IMG/VR virus record: IMGVR_UViG_3300033066_001236
Length of the DNA: 64,000 nucleotides
DNA from: an uncultured virus (IMG/VR IMGVR_UViG_3300033066_001236)
Taxonomy: Duplodnaviria > Heunggongvirae > Uroviricota > Caudoviricetes
Reading direction: 5' to 3' (one strand)
Positions 38,064 through 44,348 of this stretch are shown here, in pieces (the stretch's first letter is position 1; each line of letters begins with the position of its first letter). The translations under genes and the position numbers were made by a program. The notes below the pieces were generated by a model. The model searched no databases. It saw nothing but the letters and a program-made list of their open reading frames with translations, and had not been told where the DNA came from.

Positions 38064-39704
38064 TCACAGACCAGCAAACTCGCTGAGGGCTTTAGGGGCC
38101 TGCGTGTCGAAACCCACGAAGTCCAACATGTAGGGATCTTTTGGATCCGCTATTGAGAACTGTGTTGCTGTGAACGCAACTACCGCCAGCTTGGACTTTG
38201 GCATGCTCATCTTATTCCTATACATACGTAAGGCTTCTGACGGATGCTGAGAGTTACTGTTGGTTTCGTTGTCCGTGTAGACAGCGAAGCAGTCGACGGG
38301 GATGCTCCGAGTCATTGCAGTGAGCATTGGGAGGGAGCAGTCCGTGTTTCCGAAGGGTAGCCCGATAGTTTTTATCCTAGCGGAGTCAAACGTGTCATCC
38401 TTTGTTATGTCCAAAGGAACAAGCTTGTCGGTAAAACCCATGACCATAGTGTTGCGTTCTGCTTTTACTGTGGCCAAGGCCATGCACGCTGCCGCATCTC
38501 TACAGGTCAGGCCCGGTACGCCTGCAACGTAGTTCATTGACATTGAACCCGACACGTCTAGTCCAAGTAGAAAAGTCTTTCCCGTTGGAACGACATGGTC
38601 AAAAGACTTAAGGAAGCTAGCGTTCAAAGCTTGTTCCACAGACGAGTTGTAGTTCCACAGCAGAGAGCCTTTCACACCTTTTCCAGACCTGTAGACATAC
38701 AGAGCTTTCAGGATGTTTACAGGGTGTACTCTAGCTCGCTTCATGACCTCGACATTACTGAACACACCTGTCACCAGGTTTGTCCATATGTTGTTGGTAG
38801 TCTGCGTTCCAAACAATCCAAGCGAAGTGATCTTGCCGAGATTTCTCAGAAGAGCCGTAGGAGGCATGTGCGGAAGCATGGCCTCCCAGATCTCCTTATG
38901 GTTGAGAAGCTCAGTTGGAACAGCTTCTCGGGGCATACGATACTTGGATATGAGACTCGCAGCCTTGGTAGGCTCACCCTTAAGGTCTTGGAGCTCTCGA
39001 GCAACCCTCCATACGTCCGGCAGAAGAGCCAGCTCCACTTCAGTCAGCTTAGCGCTTGGCTGTGCCATAACTTTGAAGAGAGTGTTCATCTTGCTGTTTG
39101 AACTCGCAGGGTGGGCCTTTCGGAGGATATCTCTATGACTCCACCCATCGCGTTGCCCGTACTTAACGTACTGGAACGCAACTTCATCCGGAGTCTTGGA
39201 CAGGTACCAGTTGGCGAACGCCTTACGAGTACCTGCACCCCAGCCTTTCTGACCTTTTACGAACTCTGCAAAGTGCAGTAGGTCCGTTCCGGTTCGGGCC
39301 ACCGACGGCAGGGCCTTTCGAGCATAAATCTTTGCATCTACGGAGCCTCGGGCCAGCACAGTTGCCAGCGCGAACAGGGCTGGATCATTGCTGGCTGCGC
39401 GGCCCTTCGTTGAGACGTCCACAATCAAGTCCACAGTCTTTAGCGGGTCTTGAGCAATACACGTCAACAGGCCGTCGAAGGCTTGGTAGGTATGCTTTTC
39501 TTCCGAAGCATAGAAGGTGCCTCCTGAGGTTCCCAGGATCAAAAACCTGGTCAGATGGTCCATAGGGCTTATCGTGAAGACGGCAGCGCCAGAATTATTC
39601 AAGGCCATCTCTTGCTCTCTGCCGGGCTGAAATTTGTTGGCCGGAGTGGAAGGCACTCCATAGGAAAGGGGTTGGGCCACGTGAGATGCGAATTTTATGG
39701 ACAT
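38064..39704 (-). CDS. rsr: Ro60/TROVE RNA-binding protein with a vWA domain
   Basis: RFLILGTSGGTFY, KYGQRDGWSHRDILRKAHP, ALLRNLGK, LDVSGSM (MIDAS), GNTDCSLPM, TDNET, SIADPKD..MLDFVGFD. Confidence 0.96.
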   Translation of the reverse strand: MSIKFASHVAQPLSYGVPSTPANKFQPGREQEMALNNSGAAVFTISPMDHLTRFLILGTSGGTFYASEEKHTYQAFDGLLTCIAQDPLKTVDLIVDVSTKGRAASNDPALFALATVLARGSVDAKIYARKALPSVARTGTDLLHFAEFVKGQKGWGAGTRKAFANWYLSKTPDEVAFQYVKYGQRDGWSHRDILRKAHPASSNSKMNTLFKVMAQPSAKLTEVELALLPDVWRVARELQDLKGEPTKAASLISKYRMPREAVPTELLNHKEIWEAMLPHMPPTALLRNLGKITSLGLFGTQTTNNIWTNLVTGVFSNVEVMKRARVHPVNILKALYVYRSGKGVKGSLLWNYNSSVEQALNASFLKSFDHVVPTGKTFLLGLDVSGSMSMNYVAGVPGLTCRDAAACMALATVKAERNTMVMGFTDKLVPLDITKDDTFDSARIKTIGLPFGNTDCSLPMLTAMTRSIPVDCFAVYTDNETNSNSQHPSEALRMYRNKMSMPKSKLAVVAFTATQFSIADPKDPYMLDFVGFDTQAPKALSEFAGL

Positions 39705-39730
39705 AGGTCGACCTTTGAGTTAGGTGAGGT

Positions 39731-39756
39731 AAAAAAAGCAAGCGAGAAACTTGCTT
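39731..39756 (-). terminator. intrinsic terminator between the Y RNA array and Ro60
   Basis: AAGCAAG-TTTCTCG-CTTGCTT followed by T run on the minus strand. Confidence 0.7.
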
Positions 39757-39763
39757 GGGGGCT

Positions 39764-39823
39764 GAGAGTAAGTTTGTGAACTTAGGTAACTATGTAGCGG
39801 ATAACCTAAGTGCGTCGACTCTC
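39764..39823 (-). ncRNA. minimal Y-RNA-like RNA (Ro-binding stem only)
   Basis: GAGAGTCGA...CTTAGGTTATC...CCTAAG...CTTACTCTC with paired ends. Confidence 0.75.
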
Positions 39824-40050
39824 GTTTAGGGTTCTCGTGTCACAACCCTAGGAACCGAACTATATCAGACATGCTATTAAGTAGCCCAACTCGTTTAGGA
39901 GTGAGGTACTTCTAGTGAAGCTAATATGAGGTCCTAAAGATTGGAGGGACGAGAAGAGGGGCGTCCGTGTTGAAGTCTGGCGAACACGTGTCAATTGACC
40001 GTTCTACTAGAGTACGATATCTATAGACTTAAGGGACGGACGTAAATATT

Positions 40051-40184
40051 AGCTAGGTTAGGGATTTACTGATGGAGACTTTTTTCCACTGCTCTACCAA
40101 CTGAGCTACCTCGGCAAGCCGGGGGAAGATTCGAACTTCCGACACGCGGATTTTCCGTGATAACCATCAACATTCGACCTAGCT
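40051..40184 (-). ncRNA. YrlA-type Y RNA with a permuted tRNA-like domain
   Basis: AGCTAGGTCGA/TAACCTAGCT stem; T arm GGAAG-TTCGAAT-CTTCC precedes a closed acceptor-like stem and D arm TAGCTCAGTTGGTAGAGC. Confidence 0.88.
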
Positions 40185-40192
40185 TAATTAGA

Positions 40193-40418
40193 TCCAAAGT
40201 AAGGGTGAATTAACGAGGTTTTGCCGCTCTACCACTGAGCTACCCCTCCACATAGGACACGTGCTTACTAGGTGATACTTAACACCGTCTAGCTTAATTT
40301 ACCAGGCAAACCTGGGGACGTATTGCCATTTCAGCGTGTGCCCTATGTGGAAGGGGGTGGATTCGAACCACCGACCGGCCCATTCACATTGGGATAATCG
40401 TCAACTTTCGACTTTGGA
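40193..40418 (-). ncRNA. YrlA-type Y RNA with a long insertion in the acceptor-like stem
   Basis: TCCAAAGTCGA/TTACTTTGGA stem; T arm GGTGG-TTCGAAT-CCACC; stem CCCTTCCACATAGGGCAC/GTGTCCTATGTGGAGGGG; D arm TAGCTCAGTGGTAGAGC. Confidence 0.85.
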
Positions 40419-40458
40419 AAACTGAGAAGCCTTAGTAAGTACTAAGGCTAAAAATCGA

Positions 40459-40525
40459 TAGAGAGTAAGGTATGTTACCAACGGGGGAATCATGCAAAGA
40501 TAACCGTCAGTGGGTCGACTCTCTA
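40459..40525 (-). ncRNA. minimal Y-RNA-like RNA starting at the predicted transcription start
   Basis: AGAGAGTCGA...TGACGGTTATC...CCGTTGG...CTTACTCTCT; begins ~6 nt after TGGTATAAT. Confidence 0.75.
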
Positions 40526-40530
40526 AATAT

Positions 40531-40539
40531 ATTATACCA
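40531..40539 (-). promoter_or_regulatory. TGGTATAAT promoter of the Y RNA array
   Basis: perfect extended -10 match. Confidence 0.75.
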
Positions 40540-40564
40540 GGTTTTTCTCTTTTGTTTAATAGGG

Positions 40565-40939
40565 TTAAAAAGGAGGATCATCCGAGCCGGGGACGAAAGT
40601 TGCGTGGCCTGCTTTAAGCCCCAGTGTAGTTGTGTACTTAGGACCCGTCTCAGTGTCGAAGGACATGCTCACCGGAGTACAGCGAAAACATGGGCAGGAT
40701 AGGGAATGAACGCACATAGTTCCCAAAGATGTTCTACCTGACCCCTTACACGTAGGACAACTATCGTGAAGGCAGCTTTTACCCTCTCGGGGCTGGGCAG
40801 GGACAGAGACTGGGAACGGCCAAACAAGGCCGGGAGGGATTGGACTGACGGCTGGATTTTGGACGGGAGTTTGATCGTCTAGCTTGAGAGGGAGTTTTTC
40901 TGGTATCATACTGACCTTGGTAAGTTTAGGGGGTTTCAC
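40565..40939 (-). CDS. Pro-rich Cys-cluster hypothetical protein
   Basis: CLHDSCPTC...CVH.LSCPCFRC; promoter motif at 40944-40952. Confidence 0.6.
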   Translation of the reverse strand: MKPPKLTKVSMIPEKLPLKLDDQTPVQNPAVSPIPPGLVWPFPVSVPAQPREGKSCLHDSCPTCKGSGRTSLGTMCVHSLSCPCFRCTPVSMSFDTETGPKYTTTLGLKAGHATFVPGSDDPPF

Positions 40940-40943
40940 GTTT

Positions 40944-40976
40944 GTTATACCAAAATTTACAATCTGATTTAAAATA
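40944..40976. promoter_or_regulatory. divergent promoter pair TGGTATAAC (minus) / TAAAATA (plus)
   Basis: motifs at 40944-40952 and 40970-40976. Confidence 0.65.
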
Positions 40977-41095
40977 TAGAGATTGACGGCTTGTCTGGTC
41001 GATGAAGTTTCTTGAGAATTGTCCTACCCTCTCTCTTCGTTGACCGGGGCCAGTGCAATGCTGGCCCACCCTTATTTTAGCAAATGGAGTTGAAC

Positions 41096-41542
41096 GTGAC
41101 TAACAAGTACCTTGAGAAGATAGCCTCCCTAGGAGGAGCCATAGCTGCTGGAGCTGGCAGCGTGGGCCGTGTAGCGGCTAAGGGAGTCAAGGCATTGGGT
41201 CATCAAGTCCATTTAGCAACCGGAGGGGTCTATACTACCCATGCCGAAAAAGTCTTGGGAGTTAGAGACCCTTACAAACTGGCAGAAAGGTTTGCTGGCA
41301 AAGAATCTACAGTAGTTGGAAACATATGGAAAGATACCAGAGCCAAACTAGGCCCCACGGCGAGTAAGGCAGACAAGTCCAATGCCTATAAGAAGTTTAA
41401 AGCCAACACTCTAACGGACTTGCAGAAAAAGCAAAGAGATGCTAGACTCATCGTTGGCGGAACCGCTGCCCTTGGAGCAACTGGAGTGGTCAAAGCCAAG
41501 TCCGCACTGGACAACAAAAATGTACAAACTTATCAATATTGA
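41096..41542 (+). CDS. NKYL-tagged basic protein (GTG start, TNKYLEKIAS)
   Basis: SD GGAG before GTG; shared tag. Confidence 0.7.
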   Translation: MTNKYLEKIASLGGAIAAGAGSVGRVAAKGVKALGHQVHLATGGVYTTHAEKVLGVRDPYKLAERFAGKESTVVGNIWKDTRAKLGPTASKADKSNAYKKFKANTLTDLQKKQRDARLIVGGTAALGATGVVKAKSALDNKNVQTYQY

Positions 41543-41553
41543 TTGAGGATAAA

Positions 41554-41853
41554 ATGACAAAATACATAGTTAACGAAAGCAAGCAGAACATTGGAGTGTT
41601 CCAGGGCAAGTACCTGATACCTATTGGGGGCTGGATTGCTTTGGACGACGAAGAAGCAAACCGAGAAGAAATCAAAGAAGCCAAACGTAGAGGTTGGATT
41701 AGCGTGCAGCTTGTGGAACCTGCTGCATCAGAGCCTTTTAAGCCGGACCTGTCCTTTCAGACTCCCCCGACAGCGGGCAGTGCAACGATTCCTGGTAAGG
41801 CAGCTCCTGTAGCAGCCAAGCCTGTTGCGAAGAAAGGTAAGGTGGCGGCATGA
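41554..41853 (+). CDS. hypothetical protein (start MTKY)
   Basis: SD GAGG; late operon. Confidence 0.65.
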   Translation: MTKYIVNESKQNIGVFQGKYLIPIGGWIALDDEEANREEIKEAKRRGWISVQLVEPAASEPFKPDLSFQTPPTAGSATIPGKAAPVAAKPVAKKGKVAA

Positions 41854-42236
41854 GTGCAGCTAAGCAAGTAATTGAAATTCTGGATGATCTACTGGCCAAA
41901 GCTAAAGCTGACGACGGTTCGTACTCTTGGGCCTATGGCCCTCTGAGTGAAACCCTCGCCAAAGTCTCTGAGTTGCAGGAGTTTATTCACATAGACGTCA
42001 TGTCTCAGCGTGTCCGCGAAGTTCCCGTAATAGGCATCGCTGACCCCGTTGTAGAACCTGCGGAGCAAGTTGCAGTAACCGCTGACATTAAGAGTCTTCC
42101 AGTAGAAGAGCCTGCCCCGGAACCTCCGGTAGAAGGCCAACCTGAAGTTCCGGAGCCGGCCGCAGAACCGTCTGGCGAACCTGACAAAACTGTGGACGAA
42201 AAGCCTGCCGCAGGTAAGCCTAAGAAAACTAAGTAA
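41850..42236 (+). CDS. Pro/Glu-rich hypothetical protein
   Basis: ATGA coupling. Confidence 0.65.
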   Translation: MSAAKQVIEILDDLLAKAKADDGSYSWAYGPLSETLAKVSELQEFIHIDVMSQRVREVPVIGIADPVVEPAEQVAVTADIKSLPVEEPAPEPPVEGQPEVPEPAAEPSGEPDKTVDEKPAAGKPKKTK

Positions 42237-42243
42237 GTTTTGG

Positions 42244-42265
42244 CCCAAGGAAACTTGGGTTTTTT
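42244..42265 (+). terminator. intrinsic terminator
   Basis: CCCAAG-GAAA-CTTGGG followed by T run. Confidence 0.8.
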
Positions 42266-42267
42266 GA

Positions 42268-42340
42268 TCACCGGTAGCTCAGTTGGTAGAGCGCCAAACT
42301 GTTAATTTGGATGTCGTTGGTTCGAGACCAGCCCGGTGAG
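42268..42340 (+). tRNA. tRNA-Asn (GTT); CCA not encoded
   Basis: acceptor TCACCGG/CCGGTGA, D arm TAGCTCAGTTGGTAGAGC, anticodon arm CCAAA-CTGTTAA-TTTGG, T loop TTCGAGA. Confidence 0.93.
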
Positions 42341-42367
42341 CAAAAAGTCTAAGAGGAGATAACACAA

Positions 42368-42808
42368 ATGGCAACACCTATCCTTACCGCAGAGGAAGTC
42401 AGGGAACATATCTCCGATAAGTTGGAGGCTAACAGACTTCTCGATACGGTAGAGTTCACAAACACCCGCATAGACTTGGCGATAAGCCTCGCTGTGGATC
42501 GGTTCAACATGATAGCCCCCGTGGGGAACGCAAATCTGTACACCTTCCCGAACAAAGGGATACTCATGTACGGTACTCTAGCAACCTTGTTCGAAGGACA
42601 AGCCGCCCTGTTGGCTAGAAACCACATGAGTTATAGTGACGGCGGAATCACCGTAGCCGTCGAGGAGCGGATGGCCCTTTACCGAGAACTCGCCGCTATG
42701 TACGGTCAGGCCTTTGAGACATCCTCTAGAGCTCTTAAGATAGAACAAAACATTGACGCAGGGTGGGGTTCCGTGGGATCCGACTACGCCAGATTTCCTA
42801 TTTGGTAA
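42368..42808 (+). CDS. probable head-tail adaptor/neck protein
   Basis: 146 aa with SYSDGGITV; precedes neck and sheath genes. Confidence 0.6.
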   Translation: MATPILTAEEVREHISDKLEANRLLDTVEFTNTRIDLAISLAVDRFNMIAPVGNANLYTFPNKGILMYGTLATLFEGQAALLARNHMSYSDGGITVAVEERMALYRELAAMYGQAFETSSRALKIEQNIDAGWGSVGSDYARFPIW

Positions 42809-42817
42809 GGGTTTACG

Positions 42818-43678
42818 TTGGCTCTTAATTTCTCGCTACATCTCCCGGGGTACTATCCGAGTTTCTACCAAGCCAATTTGGCTCGGACCGTCGAGACTTC
42901 GTACATAAAAACCCTGATCTACCCCAGCTTCTATAAGCATATGGTGGTTGAGTTTTCCGTGCCTGATATCTGGGGAGGATGTGAGTTTAACATCTATAAA
43001 TCCGACTTTGAGGCGGGGCCCTGGCTTAAGATAACTCCAACTCCAATATCGGGGACCTTCTTCGTGGACGTAACTACCAAAGAGGGTAGTAAATTCATGA
43101 ATGCCTGGTACGTGGTGGAGTGCATACTACCGGACGGGAGAAGGATACAGGGGCCCGTTACCACTTGGCAGAACACCCGGCATCGCTGGGTGGAGATTAG
43201 GGCCAACGAGATAGAACGTAGGGCTACCTTACTCTTAGAGAAATTTACGGGTGTTAAGAGCCTTATATTTAGACGCAAGCACTACGGCAAGCGTTGTCCG
43301 GAATGTTGGGATTTCGAGACGGAAAAGGTCACAAAAGACCATTGCACTACTTGTCTGGGAACTTCGTTCGAAGGAGGCTATTTTACCGGTTTTGAAACTC
43401 TGTTTCAATATGAGCCTACTCCAAACGATTCGTCGTTTGAGTATAGGGGGCGAGTAGAAAGTAACACACTTCCTGCCTGGACGATATCGTATCCCCAAAT
43501 AGAAACCTTCGATTTGATACTGCGAGTTCCTGACTGGAAACTATTCCGGGTTGAACGCGTTATCTCAACCGAACTACAAACAGTGTCAGTACGGCAAGTT
43601 GTGAACCTAGTCGAACTCGCTAAAGAGAGTATTGAGTATCGTTTAGTATCTCAGGCCATGCCCAGTAATTACCTATGA
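42818..43678 (+). CDS. probable head-closure/neck protein
   Basis: RCPECWD...CTTCLGTSFEGGY zinc motif; synteny. Confidence 0.55.
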   Translation: MALNFSLHLPGYYPSFYQANLARTVETSYIKTLIYPSFYKHMVVEFSVPDIWGGCEFNIYKSDFEAGPWLKITPTPISGTFFVDVTTKEGSKFMNAWYVVECILPDGRRIQGPVTTWQNTRHRWVEIRANEIERRATLLLEKFTGVKSLIFRRKHYGKRCPECWDFETEKVTKDHCTTCLGTSFEGGYFTGFETLFQYEPTPNDSSFEYRGRVESNTLPAWTISYPQIETFDLILRVPDWKLFRVERVISTELQTVSVRQVVNLVELAKESIEYRLVSQAMPSNYL

Positions 43679-44265
43679 ACTTCTCTCCAGAATACCTATC
43701 AACCCTGATTATAAGACCTCTGAGGTACTTGTTCTCGGTATCGGCCCCGGAGTCCCTGAGATGGGACGAAGACCCTATGAAGTCAAACGTGGAAATAGAC
43801 ACCGTTAACAACTTAAACAAAATCAAGATCCAAGCAAAACCGAGGGTTATGGTTAGCCGAGGTCAATACTCAGTAAACCCCGTAGGACTTACGGACAACA
43901 TGGCCCGAGGCATCGGGCCTAGAGAGCTTCGAGGAGCCAAGTATAGAGACAACATGTTCTTCATACAGGGTGTGGCCCAGATCATGATCCAGGCTAGAAA
44001 CGAAGGTACTTGTGAAAAGCTAACAAACCTGGTCCAGCATTACTTGAGTTGGTCCGGGCCCATACTGGCTGACACATACGGATTCAAGGGATCCTTCCTT
44101 CCCATGAATGTGAGCTCTTGTACCCCGGACCGAGAAGACACCGAGATTTTCAGCTGTACGATTAACATACCTTGGGTGAAGGAAGAACATTGGACTGTGA
44201 CGTCTGGCGACGAGATAAAAATCAAAGAGTTTCTATTGACGTTGACCAACGAAGATTTGGAGTGA
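43675..44265 (+). CDS. probable tail completion/terminator protein
   Basis: 196 aa directly upstream of the sheath gene. Confidence 0.5.
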   Translation: MNFSPEYLSTLIIRPLRYLFSVSAPESLRWDEDPMKSNVEIDTVNNLNKIKIQAKPRVMVSRGQYSVNPVGLTDNMARGIGPRELRGAKYRDNMFFIQGVAQIMIQARNEGTCEKLTNLVQHYLSWSGPILADTYGFKGSFLPMNVSSCTPDREDTEIFSCTINIPWVKEEHWTVTSGDEIKIKEFLLTLTNEDLE

Positions 44266-44283
44266 AACTCCTTTGCCTTGTAT

Positions 44284-44290
44284 TAAAATA
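44284..44290 (+). promoter_or_regulatory. TAAAATA putative late promoter of the tail operon
   Basis: recurrent motif. Confidence 0.65.
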
Positions 44291-44348
44291 GAGTAGACAA
44301 TAATTCTTAGAGTAGACGCCGCGTCTGCTTTCAACAAAGGAACATCTG

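Noticed and set aside
40085..40375. Two apparent tRNA genes on the minus strand (D-arm and T-arm matches)
   Set aside because: The T arm precedes the D arm, the acceptor-like stem is closed and there is no anticodon loop; this fits YrlA-type Y RNAs rather than tRNAs
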